Positions 9,910 to 19,868 of a stretch of 64,000 nt of DNA are shown piece by piece. The notes below the pieces were generated by a model. The model saw only the letters and a program-made list of their open reading frames with translations. It did no database searches and had not been told where the DNA came from. The DNA is from Candidatus Poribacteria bacterium (GTDB lineage Bacteria > Poribacteria > WGA-4E > WGA-3G), in assembly GCA_965197475.1 (NCBI GenBank), contig CBDANF010000002.1, positions 416,001-480,000 on the forward strand, given 5' to 3'. Position numbers and translations under genes: made by a program. Within the stretch, counting starts at the first letter, position 1. Every line of letters begins with the position of its first letter.

Positions 9910-10631
9910 GTTCCTCTTTCTGCGAGTCCAAGCGAAATAGCTTGATGAATCTTTTGAATATTTTCTGCGCGAGAGCCTGATTGATGAAAAACGCTACTGC
10001 TCCCACCGACTAAGATATCCGCCCCAGCTGCTACCATTTTAGGGATATTTTCAAAGCTGACATTACCATCTACTTCAATTGGAAGGTAGACATCGCGCGC
10101 ATTCAAAAAAGTCCGACAATCCGAAATTTTTCGTAGGGTTGCAGGCACCAATTCCTGACCGGCAAACCCTGGATTTACCGTCATAATCAGCACAAAATCA
10201 AGTCGATCAATAACATACGCTATCGCGGAAAGCGGGGTCGCTGGGTTCAAAGCGACTCCCGCTTTTATACCATGTTCTTGAATTACCGATAAAGTTCTAT
10301 CCAGATGGATAGCAGATTCAGCGTGCACAGCGATTTGCTGAACACCAATGTTTGCGACTGCATCCACAAAAAAATCGTTATTTTCCACCATCAGGTGAAT
10401 GTCGAAAGCACAATCTGTTTTTTGACGTAATTGTTCAATGAGTGCCAATCCAATCGGCATGTTTGGGACGAAATGCGCGTCCATCAAGTCAAAATGAAGT
10501 AGACTAATATCAGACTTTTCCAGTTCTCGAATATCTGTTTCCAAATTACAGAGATCCGCACACATCACTGAAGGTGCTATGCCGATCTTTTTATCCGTGG
10601 TACTTGGGCATTGACTCTCATGAGTCGGCAA
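9906..10631 (-). CDS. rpe: Ribulose-phosphate 3-epimerase family protein (Rpe/AlsE)
   Basis: IAPS, HFDLMDAHFVPN, DIHLMV, MTVNPGFAGQ, IEVDG. Confidence 0.88.
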   Translation of the reverse strand: MPTHESQCPSTTDKKIGIAPSVMCADLCNLETDIRELEKSDISLLHFDLMDAHFVPNMPIGLALIEQLRQKTDCAFDIHLMVENNDFFVDAVANIGVQQIAVHAESAIHLDRTLSVIQEHGIKAGVALNPATPLSAIAYVIDRLDFVLIMTVNPGFAGQELVPATLRKISDCRTFLNARDVYLPIEVDGNVSFENIPKMVAAGADILVGGSSSVFHQSGSRAENIQKIHQAISLGLAERGT

Positions 10632-10715
10632 GATATTTCTCCAATCAAATTCGGGTTTCTCAATCTATTTATTATAACATAAAATGAATGAATTGTCAAA
10701 TTTTGGGCAGGTGGT

Positions 10716-10782
10716 GGGTGTGTAAAGTTCTTGTCAATTGTCTGAATCGCGGATTATGCGGATTTCACTGATTACGCGAATT
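10716..10782. repeat. Solitary MITE end (GGGTGTGTAAAG) followed by an inverted AATCC..TTCAGACAA-type repeat
   Basis: Same end-plus-repeat arrangement as the right end of the 41823..42046 element. Confidence 0.55.
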
Positions 10783-10811
10783 AAGGAGATGTCAAAAACT
10801 TGAGTTCGTAG

Positions 10812-11168
10812 TTAAAGTGGGATGTAAGTAATTTGGTCAATATATTCATCGTCGTCAGATGCACCAACAATGAGAAGCAACTGATCAATGATCAATCCCA
10901 TTGGCACTTCGAGATTAATCGTAAAAATGCCGGGAACATGGTGTCCTGCTGCCAGATGGTCAGAGAGATGTTGAGGCATACTTTTCCGATTGTTTGTTAT
11001 CAAGATAAATTGGTTCTGTTCACACCACTCTAAGATTTCTGGGTCTTGAGTGCCTCTTGTGGGAGCACCTTCATCGCCAACCCTCAAGACCGTTAGCGAT
11101 GATTCATGGTAAAGCAATTGCGTTCGGTAAGTTGGAGAAATATTTTCGTCTATCAGAAACCGACGCAT
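10812..11168 (-). CDS. DUF5615 family PIN-like toxin (VapC45-like)
   Basis: RFLIDENI...DPEILEWC....ILITNN...HVPGI. Confidence 0.85.
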   Translation of the reverse strand: MRRFLIDENISPTYRTQLLYHESSLTVLRVGDEGAPTRGTQDPEILEWCEQNQFILITNNRKSMPQHLSDHLAAGHHVPGIFTINLEVPMGLIIDQLLLIVGASDDDEYIDQITYIPL

Positions 11169-11170
11169 CT

Positions 11171-14100
11171 TTATTCCTGTTCATTTTTGGATGGAGATTG
11201 TGTTGTGCTTGCTGAGCCGTTTTTTGGACTGTTCGGGTGTGAATTATCAGAAACAGTTTCCCTTTCTGCTATAAGTTCACGCAAGCGAACAGCACCGGGC
11301 GGCGGATTTTTCTCGTATTCCTCTCGTGCCGTTTGGCAATATTTCAGATAATCCTCCAAATATGTACCAACTTCTTCTTGATTTTGAAAATAATATAGGA
11401 TCGTGGCGTAAATCTGTTCCAGTGTGGGTGTATAGTAATGATCCGCGATTACTACTGGTGTTTTGTTATTGTAAATATATTCGTATAGGATGGTTTCAAT
11501 ACCTACACGTGTTCCTTTAATACGAATATCATCTTCTGCCAAAAACGCAAAGTTATCTTCAAGAGGATAAATTTGTTTGAATTCATTGATTCGTCTAAGA
11601 ATACTGTTTTCGACGGGCAAAAAAAGTGTATGCTTGTTTTGAATTAGATTTTCAAGTTGGCTCAATACTGTGTGGGCATTCCGTCCATAAGTAAGTCCGG
11701 TTAATAAACCCAACGTCAAGAATTCTTTTTGTCTGAAAGAAATTGATTCCTCCCAAAGTATAAAGAGAAAATCAACTGCCACGTCTAAGGCATAATTTAA
11801 ATGCATTCGGTCTCTGCCTAAGGCAAGCACAAAACTATTGTAAGGTTCAGAGATTTTCCAATTTGCCCGTTTTGCTATTTCCAATAGTAGGTTTGCATCA
11901 AATTGAGTGTGATAGTAGCGAGAACAAACCAATTTTATCGTCATCTCATCGTAGTCAGCTTTATCAAGGAGGTTTTGCTTAACACAATGTTCCAATAAAA
12001 CTTGTGTCCACACACCGTCAATTTGAAAGTTTGTCCCGGCATCACTATTGAGAGTTGTCTTTGCATAATGTCTGAGCCGTCCATCATCCGAAAAAAGTAG
12101 GTGCCCCGGTTGGCTTGCGAGAAGAACAGTATCAAGGAAATGCTGTTGTAGCATGTCATTGAGTTCCCTCCTGCGTAATTGGTTCATCTCTGACCCAGCA
12201 GTGGCTTGACCAACTTCACAGTTATTCCTAATCCAGTGAATAATGTTTTTTAGATATTCTATTCCCTGCTTCGTTTCTTCAGGTTTGATGATTTGTTTTA
12301 TATACTGTTTTCCTTTTTTCCCAACTATCATTCCCTCGCGTTTAGACCACATTCCCTCTCTTTCACTGATAATACTCTGTAGTTCATCAATAGTCGATTG
12401 AGCAATGCATAGTTTTCCGAATGCGCTGACCACAATATCCGCAGCATCCAAACTGTGTAATGTTATGAGCGAAATAATATCTACAACCAGTTTAGGTTGA
12501 GAATGATTAAGTAGTTTATGGGCTTTGTTCCTTTCATCAAGATCCCCAAAACTACACCTAATCCCTAATTCAGGGTTACCCATGAGAGTACCCCACGTAT
12601 CTAAACTATTACTACCAACTAATTTTGAAAATACACCAATTGTTATGTTTTCTTCCTTATATCGTTTTTCATTTTGGAGTATGTATTCGTGATGCCGATC
12701 AACCCTGCTATATATTGGTTTAAATCTCTCTTTATCATCAATTACGTCAGAAGTGTCTAATTGAACCGTTTCCATACCTTCATCCGTTGGAAATAGATGC
12801 TCGTAATTGCGAAAACTTTCTTGTTTTGCATGAACAAATTTGCTTTTTATAGCAACGATTTTTTCAATTTTTGGACCATCCAGTGTTTCTTTAAAAATAA
12901 CCTCGTCATTTTCAACTTTATCAAGCATTTTCTGCACAATAGGTTCGTTTATACTGCGTTCACCGCGGGAGATGTCTGGGTCATCGCGATCTTCAATGAT
13001 GTACCAGTTATCCTGATCCATGTTATTGATTTGGACTGCGGTATCCTGGGCAACTTTAGATGGATTTAAGACATGAGGAATTAACTTTTCTACTTGATAG
13101 AATAATTCTATGTATATCAGGTGAGCAGCGGGATTATCCAAATGTGTTCTCCTCATCTCATACATGACCTGTAACGCTTTTTCAAGTTTGGATCTGACTC
13201 TATATAATTGAGCTAAATGATAGCAAGCCTCTAAAGAAAGATCCTTAAGGAAAGAGTGATTATTGAATTCTGGAAAACTTTCTAACACATTGTCAATTTC
13301 TTCCTCTTTATTAGAGCGAAAAAAAAACGTTCCGAGACGTATGTGCATATCATAATCAGTAGGAAATTTTGTTAAATATTCTTTACACACCATCTCTGTT
13401 TGGTTCATATCGCCGTATTCTTCATGAATCATCACTTCCATCACGGAAATGTTTTCAAGGGGTCCATATTTCTCTCGAAGTTTCTGACAAATCTTAAGTG
13501 CCTTCTCAATTTTCCCCGAATTATAGTAACTTTGCACTAACCATTGTGTCAATTGGGAATTCTGACTTGTGTCGGCAAGTCTTTCATATAGTGTTGCAGC
13601 TTCTTTAAATTGTTCATGGATATAGAGTTGGTCAGCCAATATTACAATATCAAGAAATTCTGCGCCATCCTGAACATAGTTGTATGCTTCTTTGAGTAGA
13701 GAAATTGCTTCATCGCGTTTTTCATTCGCGCTAAAAATGCGAGCAGCGTCAACAAGATTCGGTATGCTCTTTGGGGTTGAATCGCGCATAGCTATGGAAA
13801 TTTCTAATGCATCATCAAAACGTTTATCATCAAGATAAACATTAATGAGTAAACGTCTTGCTTTTTCTTGAAGTTCGGGAGACAAATCTGTCTGTAAAAA
13901 ATCATTAAGTATTGTAGTAGACTCATCTAATCGTTCATTCACTAAGAGAAAATTAGCAAGTATAATGGGTGCTTCAGGTACTTCGGGTGCGGATTGGATT
14001 GTTTCCAATAATTCAATCGCTTCTGCTATTTCTCCACACTCAAAAGCTAATAACGCACGATTTTTGATCAAAATTTGATTTGATTTTTCAATATCTAAGG

Positions 14101-15577
14101 CAGTATCAAGGTCTTCTGTTGCTTTTTTCAGTTCGCCAAGGTGAAAATGTGCTATGCCTCTGTTAATGATCCAATCTGCTCTATAATCTTTTAATTCCGT
14201 ATTGGCAATGCAATTCCATGCTTCAGTAAGTAATCCTATTGCACGTTGTAATTGTTCCTTTTGTGAATCATTAAGTTGACTGGTCCCCACTGCAAGATTA
14301 TCTTCTAATACTTGCTTAATCAAGATAGTTGCGAAAGCAGCTTTGAAATCAGGAGCGTTTCCCTGGTCCTGTGACAACATGATTTCACTCCATCTTTTCG
14401 CTGCTTCAAAATTCTCACGTTGCTTCGCTGATTCGCTTATAGCGTAAGCAATTTGTGGAGAATCGTGCAAATAGTCAGGAACTTTAGCGATTACTTCATC
14501 AAGTGGTTCTTCCTCAGCAGAAATTCCAATGAGAATTACATAAGCATCCGTATTAGCAGAATTCTTTTCCAGTGTCTGTTTTACGTATTCTGCAGCATAT
14601 TCCGTTTCTCCCAATAAGAGGTGAGCCAAAGCACGGTTAGAAAGTGCCCTTTCGTCTTCACGATTGTATTGAAATGACTCAAGTAACAACTTTGCAGCTT
14701 CTTTTTCGTTATTCAGTGATAATTGAGTAGCTGCCATATTTGTTAGAATGCTATACTTTAGATCATCCGAAGCATCTTTCCAAGTTCGTTTTTTCAGAGT
14801 TTCTAATAACTCAAGAGAAGTTGTAGGTTTATGTCTCTTGAGTAAGTTTCGAGCATTGTCTATTTCTGCATGATGTTCTTTTGCGATTGCTGTTTTTATT
14901 ATATCATTGTTGGGTGTGTTATTGTGGCGGACTTCATCTAAAATCGCACCCGTCGTTTGCTTAAGCTCCTTATTATCTTGCTTAATTTTTTCGATGTTAT
15001 CTTTGATGGCTTGGATATCTTGGGTTAAACGTTCACTCACTTCTAACCTTATTTGTTCAATTTCTGTCGTAACCTCCTTTAGCATAGAATGTGTGATCTT
15101 TTGATCAGTAGTATTTTTTTGTAGAAATTCAAGTACTACTTGATTGAATGCATCCTGTTCGAATGGAAGTTGTGTCAAAAATTCAATAATCACCATTTCA
15201 ATAACGGGACGAATTCTTCGTTCAATATCCATATTGGGCAATTGATGGTCGGGGACGATAATACATTTACGAAAAAGCGTTGTGATTCTTGTGATTTTTT
15301 CACTTTCATTTAATTGTGTGAATTGGACTTCATCAACATCTTTTAGTGAAGCAATAACGTTGTCAAATGTATGGTGACACACTTTAACCGTTTTTGGATC
15401 AGTAAGATCGGCAAAGTCAGACGCGTATTGCTTAACTACCTTATCAAAAGACTCTTTGAAAAGATCCTCTGCTGTAGTTTTGCAAAAATGTTTGATGCCG
15501 TGGTTGATACCACCAATAATAGAAAATCCAGTTCCTACAATATTATAAGCCTTGAGTACTAAACCGAGTATTGTCAT
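11171..15577 (-). CDS. TPR-GreA/B-C-PIN defence-type protein with C-terminal DUF433 antitoxin domain
   Basis: Long TPR array; GreA/B C-like segment (WYIIED..SINEPIVQKML..VENDEV..IVAIK); PIN (LVVDIIS..QSTIDEL..LFSDDGRLR); tail DDIRIKGTRVGIETILYEY..TLEQIYATILYY. Confidence 0.75.
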   Translation of the reverse strand: MTILGLVLKAYNIVGTGFSIIGGINHGIKHFCKTTAEDLFKESFDKVVKQYASDFADLTDPKTVKVCHHTFDNVIASLKDVDEVQFTQLNESEKITRITTLFRKCIIVPDHQLPNMDIERRIRPVIEMVIIEFLTQLPFEQDAFNQVVLEFLQKNTTDQKITHSMLKEVTTEIEQIRLEVSERLTQDIQAIKDNIEKIKQDNKELKQTTGAILDEVRHNNTPNNDIIKTAIAKEHHAEIDNARNLLKRHKPTTSLELLETLKKRTWKDASDDLKYSILTNMAATQLSLNNEKEAAKLLLESFQYNREDERALSNRALAHLLLGETEYAAEYVKQTLEKNSANTDAYVILIGISAEEEPLDEVIAKVPDYLHDSPQIAYAISESAKQRENFEAAKRWSEIMLSQDQGNAPDFKAAFATILIKQVLEDNLAVGTSQLNDSQKEQLQRAIGLLTEAWNCIANTELKDYRADWIINRGIAHFHLGELKKATEDLDTALDIEKSNQILIKNRALLAFECGEIAEAIELLETIQSAPEVPEAPIILANFLLVNERLDESTTILNDFLQTDLSPELQEKARRLLINVYLDDKRFDDALEISIAMRDSTPKSIPNLVDAARIFSANEKRDEAISLLKEAYNYVQDGAEFLDIVILADQLYIHEQFKEAATLYERLADTSQNSQLTQWLVQSYYNSGKIEKALKICQKLREKYGPLENISVMEVMIHEEYGDMNQTEMVCKEYLTKFPTDYDMHIRLGTFFFRSNKEEEIDNVLESFPEFNNHSFLKDLSLEACYHLAQLYRVRSKLEKALQVMYEMRRTHLDNPAAHLIYIELFYQVEKLIPHVLNPSKVAQDTAVQINNMDQDNWYIIEDRDDPDISRGERSINEPIVQKMLDKVENDEVIFKETLDGPKIEKIVAIKSKFVHAKQESFRNYEHLFPTDEGMETVQLDTSDVIDDKERFKPIYSRVDRHHEYILQNEKRYKEENITIGVFSKLVGSNSLDTWGTLMGNPELGIRCSFGDLDERNKAHKLLNHSQPKLVVDIISLITLHSLDAADIVVSAFGKLCIAQSTIDELQSIISEREGMWSKREGMIVGKKGKQYIKQIIKPEETKQGIEYLKNIIHWIRNNCEVGQATAGSEMNQLRRRELNDMLQQHFLDTVLLASQPGHLLFSDDGRLRHYAKTTLNSDAGTNFQIDGVWTQVLLEHCVKQNLLDKADYDEMTIKLVCSRYYHTQFDANLLLEIAKRANWKISEPYNSFVLALGRDRMHLNYALDVAVDFLFILWEESISFRQKEFLTLGLLTGLTYGRNAHTVLSQLENLIQNKHTLFLPVENSILRRINEFKQIYPLEDNFAFLAEDDIRIKGTRVGIETILYEYIYNNKTPVVIADHYYTPTLEQIYATILYYFQNQEEVGTYLEDYLKYCQTAREEYEKNPPPGAVRLRELIAERETVSDNSHPNSPKNGSASTTQSPSKNEQE

Positions 15578-15618
15578 GGATTTTCATCTCCTTTCAGGTG
15601 TTCGTTCGGTGTGAGTTA

Positions 15619-16525
15619 TAGTAGACCCCAAAAATAAGTTTACATTTTCTGAGATTTATGTTAGCGTTTATGATTATGGCATATTCAACAGATGGACGCA
15701 AAAGCGTCCTTGATTTCATCAATAACGGTGGGAGTAAAACCGCTGCTAAACGCACCTTCGGTGTCTCAAGAAGGACGATCTATAACTGGTTAGAAGCAGA
15801 AAACCCCTTTGCCTATGAGAAGCCGGATACCAAAGGGCCCCGACACATTGATTATGATGCGCTTCAACAACATGTTGCCGATTTTCCCGATAGCACACTC
15901 GCCGAACGTGCCAAACACTTCGGTGTTTCAACAAACGGCATCTTTTATGCCTTGGCAAAACTCAATATCACGCGAAAAAAAAGACCACGACCTACAAAGA
16001 ACAGTGTCCGGTAAAACGCCAAGAGTATCTCTCGGCACTTCAACAAGAGACACACGAGCATGGCAAAAAACCGGTTTATCTTGACGAAAGTGGTTTCACC
16101 GAAACCGATTTCCGTCGGTATGCTTATGCCCGAAAGGTGTCCGTGTTGAAGATAAAGTGCCAAGTCATCGGTATACCACCACAACCTTGATTGCGGCACG
16201 TCTTGATGGATGTTTCACAGTGCCTGTGCTTTTCGAAGGTAGTTGCGATGCGGTTGCCTTCAACGCATGGCTTTCGGAGATGTTATGTCCTTTGCTTGAC
16301 AACAGCCACGTTGTGATTATGGATAATGCCTCTTTCCACAAAGGTTCACAAACAGAAGCATTGATCCGGGAATGCGGTGCAAGTTTGTTGTTTTTACCGC
16401 CGTATTCACCGGAGTTGAATCCGATTGAGAAAGATTTCGCTAACATCAAGCGAATACGTCAATACAACGCTGAGACCTCTATTGATGATATTATAAAAGT
16501 GTATAAGTAATTACAGGTTTTACTA
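15619..16525 (+). mobile_element. IS630-family insertion sequence
   Basis: Imperfect IRs TAGTAGACCCCAAAAATA / TAGTAAAACCTGTAATTA flanked by TA on both sides. Confidence 0.85.
15676..16510 (+). CDS. IS630 transposase (orfA/orfB joined by -1 frameshift at A8G; extra indel near 16130)
   Basis: HTH orfA; YLDESG, VIMDNASFH, LPPYSPELNPIE motifs; AAAAAAAAG slippery site near 15975. Confidence 0.88.
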
Positions 16526-17386
16526 TAAAATGCCGGTAATAGTAAGTCTTGACGGTGCTTCTTCCTGAAATTGTTCAAGAATTTCAATTACTTCTTGCAT
16601 TTGAGAGTTGGATAGGTATGCCGTTCCACCTCTGCTTGGATTTGGCGATATCCAATTAAATTTGGTGTCTATTACGGATTCATTTAGTGCTTGGAGAAAA
16701 TTGGTGTAGTCCTTAGCTACTCTTAATCTTAGTTGTCCAAAGAGTTTCTTAAGTTTTTCTTGGTTGCTTTCGGCATTGAGGAGTTCAAAGAACTTTTCTA
16801 CTGCATCTCCACAATCAGAATTATCAAAAAGGTTAAGTTGAGTAATTTCTGGAGAGACGAGATGAATATTGAACGATCCAGGACTGACTTGCAAAAGCGA
16901 GATTTGCATGCTATTCCTAATTTCATCAGTGACCTGAGATGAGTTAAAGCAGACCATTCCTATTGTGTTAATTACAGCTTGGAGTTTTCCAAAAACATTG
17001 CTTAGGAAAGCTATAGGTGCTTGTGTTTTAGGACCTTCAGCAAAGTTGAAATTTAGATTCAGGCTTTCTTGTTTTCTGGATTTTGCTATTTCTACCGCAT
17101 CCCTTAGTATTGGGGGCATTTCGTTTTCAAGATCGATGCATTCACTGGGCAGTGGCAGCACATCCTCAGATCTACTCAAAGACTCTTCCACCTGTATCGG
17201 TTCACCAGTATGTTGAGTCAGGTACTCAAGAACTTCCTTTTGCATTTTTTCTATTTCCACCCGATACCCACTTGAAACGTATAAAAATTCTTCAGGGGTG
17301 GCTTTAACACACAGTTGCATGAGCAGATCTTGAAAATACGCTACACGTTGTTGACTCGTTTTGAGTTCTGTATTATTTTGAATCAT
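16523..17386 (-). CDS. Chimeric protein: N-terminal small TA partner of DUF6932 fused to an unknown ~210 aa domain; 3' end cut by IS630
   Basis: MIQNNTELKTSQQRVAYFQ..GYRVEIEKMQKEVLEYL start overlaps the DUF6932 stop; removing the IS adds only THTERTPERR before a stop. Confidence 0.55.
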   Translation of the reverse strand: MIQNNTELKTSQQRVAYFQDLLMQLCVKATPEEFLYVSSGYRVEIEKMQKEVLEYLTQHTGEPIQVEESLSRSEDVLPLPSECIDLENEMPPILRDAVEIAKSRKQESLNLNFNFAEGPKTQAPIAFLSNVFGKLQAVINTIGMVCFNSSQVTDEIRNSMQISLLQVSPGSFNIHLVSPEITQLNLFDNSDCGDAVEKFFELLNAESNQEKLKKLFGQLRLRVAKDYTNFLQALNESVIDTKFNWISPNPSRGGTAYLSNSQMQEVIEILEQFQEEAPSRLTITGIL

Positions 17387-17641
17387 TTCTTACCTCTATA
17401 ATACCTCGGCGAGTTCCATCACGTTTGACCTGCCAACCTTCTATAAACTCGTCAAGGGTTTCTAAAAATAGTAATGACGGGCGTATACAGAAAATACTAG
17501 CTCCGAATTCATACGATGCTTGCTGATGGTTCAATAATTTCTTAATCTCTTCACTGCAAGCTGCTATGTCAAAATCGTCATCAAATATTATTACAACATC
17601 AATGTCGTTTGTGCTGGTTTCGCCGTGATATAACTACCAAA

Positions 17642-18997
17642 CTGATATTTCTCAGAATGGTCTTGAACCTAATAATAATCAATAGAAACAAGGTATAGCA
17701 CCATGAAAATGCGTTTTTGCTGTGTCCATTTTCCTTGACTTTTATAGCATGAGATAGCATCCTAATTACAGATTTGAATATAAACAAACATTAGGAGGAT
17801 ATCTCATGCTAACTCAGCTTATCAAATCTACCACTTTTTTTCAAGAACTTCTATCTTCACAGTTTCGGACCTTGAAACAGCATTTTGTTCATACCTTAGT
17901 GTTTTTGTCAACCTGCCATCTGTTTGGGCTCACTAACCCGGATCAAGTGGCGGATGCGTTGTCTATTCCGAAAACGAGGCTATATCGGGAACTGAACACG
18001 ATGAGTCTTTATCTCTGGCAGCATCTTTTTGTGCGTATCGGGTGTTCTATTGCGTTAGAGGTGCTACAGGAGGCAGTATCAAAAAGTGCTGCTTCTCTAT
18101 CGCGTCTGTGTATCGTCATCAGTGTGGATGATACCTTTGTTTTCCGCTATGGAGAGGGTCTCGCCTACACATCCAATTGGTGGTCTTCTCAAGCAAAACA
18201 GCCGATGAAGGGGCAAAATATATTGGGGATCGTCCTAAAGATTGGAAAACGGATCATTCCCCTGAATATGCGACTGATCAGCAAACAAGGCCGCGGGAAC
18301 ACGGATAAACCCTCCTGTGTCATCACTATGTTCAAGGAAATCTTGTCTTTCTTTGAAGGGACCGGAATAGATATCCGAAACTATCCGGTCACCTTTGATT
18401 CGTGGTATGGCAGCCACCACTTGATTGACACCTTGCGAGAAATGGGATTTGAAACGATCCTTGTGCACGGAAAAAGCAACTATGTGATGACGATTGATGA
18501 AAAAAGGGCGAAACTCTCGGAACATAAAAAGTCGATCCAACTCCTCTCCAATCAATGGGGGTGCGATAAACCGGTCTATCGGACTAAAGCCACAAGTCCA
18601 ACTTTTGGAAAAGTAGTGGTGTTGTTCTTTGCAGACCGTGGCAAAGTCCGAACAATGCTGGTATTCGGGAAACCGCTGCGTGCGTGTGAAATCCTACGGA
18701 TATGGTCTCAACACCACGGTATAGAACAGTATTGGCGGTATCTAAAAACAGACCTAAACCTTGCATCCATGAGCCTAAAAGGACGGAATGGCGCGTATGC
18801 GAACTTAGGTGTGAAAGTGATGAGCTACCTTTTGATACAGCAGGTCAGTCGCTCCGTGCGAAAAACCTTTCATCAAGGACAACTTGAACTTTCAGGACAG
18901 AGGCAGATGCTGTCTGATCTCAGCGAGCATTTTCATGAACAAATACCAAGAAAACACTGATAAACATTGACATATGAAGAATTTTGATAAATATCAG
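17642..18997 (+). mobile_element. IS701-like (IS4 superfamily) element, copy 1, 1356 bp
   Basis: IRs CTGATATTTCTCAGAAT / CTGATATTTATCAAAAT; 5-bp target duplication CCAAA. Confidence 0.9.
17806..18960 (+). CDS. DDE transposase (IS701/IS4-like)
   Basis: ISVDDT, TFDSWY, HHGIEQYWRYLK motifs. Confidence 0.88.
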   Translation: MLTQLIKSTTFFQELLSSQFRTLKQHFVHTLVFLSTCHLFGLTNPDQVADALSIPKTRLYRELNTMSLYLWQHLFVRIGCSIALEVLQEAVSKSAASLSRLCIVISVDDTFVFRYGEGLAYTSNWWSSQAKQPMKGQNILGIVLKIGKRIIPLNMRLISKQGRGNTDKPSCVITMFKEILSFFEGTGIDIRNYPVTFDSWYGSHHLIDTLREMGFETILVHGKSNYVMTIDEKRAKLSEHKKSIQLLSNQWGCDKPVYRTKATSPTFGKVVVLFFADRGKVRTMLVFGKPLRACEILRIWSQHHGIEQYWRYLKTDLNLASMSLKGRNGAYANLGVKVMSYLLIQQVSRSVRKTFHQGQLELSGQRQMLSDLSEHFHEQIPRKH

Positions 18998-19218
18998 CCA
19001 AAAATAAGCAATCGTTGAAAGTGGTTTATATCTTTGGCAAGTTGATAAATACGGAGCAACCGCTCGGTTACAATTTTCCGTTGCGCGGTGCCGCTACCAA
19101 ATTGACTGACTACTTCATCAATCGTTGCTTTGTATATTCCTTCAGGCAAATCACCCGCATCATTTAGATCGGGAAGCGTCATTCAATTTAACCTCTATTG
19201 TGGACGCGCACAATCAAG

Positions 19219-19280
19219 AATCTTGTAATCTTGGTTCAGACAAAATTCGCTTAATTTGCTACAATCCGCGATTCAGACAA
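19219..19280. repeat. AATC(C/T)..TTCAGACAA dispersed short repeats (two units)
   Basis: aatcttgtaatcttggttcagacaa and aatccgcgattcagacaa; related units at ~10740, 19693 and 41988. Confidence 0.65.
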
Positions 19281-19372
19281 ATAATACCGCAAGCAAGGAA
19301 GATTATCCCTGTACACGATGTGATTATAGCATATCACAGATTTGACAAAGTGTCAATCCTTTTCTTAAAAAC

Positions 19373-19685
19373 GGATGTGTAAAGTTTTGTTATTAAGAAC
19401 ATAAAGATGTGTATTGTCAAAAATATTAATCCTTTTCAATATTGTGTGTTTTATTAGGACGTTTTGCACGTTCCACGGACGTGCAAATGCCAAGCAGTAC
19501 ATGGATTAGGGCGTGATTTTGTGTGTGTGTGTTTTTTTTTTGCATCTTCTCTGGTTTCATCTTGCAACATTAGTGGTCAACATCTGAAGATATAATCGTT
19601 ATGTGATAATAAGTATAACATAGATACGTGTGTTTGTCAAATTATTTAGAAGAATTCAGTCTTTTACCAAAAACTTTACACACCT
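19373..19685. mobile_element. Degenerate MITE with G(G/A)TGTGTAAAGTTTT ends
   Basis: GGATGTGTAAAGTTTT ... AAAACTTTACACACCT inverted; same end family as 41823..42046; no clean TSD; carries a GT dinucleotide/T-run tract. Confidence 0.5.
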
Positions 19686-19692
19686 CTTTTCT

Positions 19693-19735
19693 AAATCCTG
19701 TAAATCCTGGTTCAGACAATCCGAGATTCTGACAA
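19693..19735. repeat. AATCC..TTCAGACAA dispersed repeat
   Basis: aaatcctgtaaatcctggttcagacaatccgagattctgacaa. Confidence 0.65.
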
Positions 19736-19806
19736 TAGTGACAGCACGCGGAGTGTGCATGCCACTATGCATCGTGCTTACAAAGCGCGACTACAAACGC
19801 AGTAAA

Positions 19807-19846
19807 TATTAACCCGCTACCGATTCTCATCAACAGCGGGTTAATA
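19807..19846 (-). terminator. Hairpin downstream of ALDH, probable terminator
   Basis: TATTAACCCGCT-N16-AGCGGGTTAATA. Confidence 0.5.
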
Positions 19847-19868
19847 CTTAAACATCCTATGTTTGCAC

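Larger units (their letters stand above)
17373..19182 (-). pseudogene. DUF6932 family nucleotidyltransferase-like gene split by an IS
   Basis: MTLPDLNDAGDLPEGIY...LLIFG [IS] GSYITAKP.NDIDV...WQVKRDGTRRGIIEV; the IS sits in the FGS motif; an extra indel near 17612. Confidence 0.8.

Noticed and set aside
19519-19541. GT dinucleotide/T-run tract as a phase-variation switch
   Set aside because: Lies inside a degenerate MITE, away from any gene start; may be a basecalling artefact
10716-19685. Composite transposon bounded by GGGTGTGTAAAG ends carrying the whole defence patch
   Set aside because: Flanks do not match (GCAGGTGGT vs CTTTTCTAA), and the 19685 end pairs better with 19373
19200-19800. 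CRISPR array or structured ncRNA
   Set aside because: Repeats are short and irregular with no constant spacer length; no cas genes
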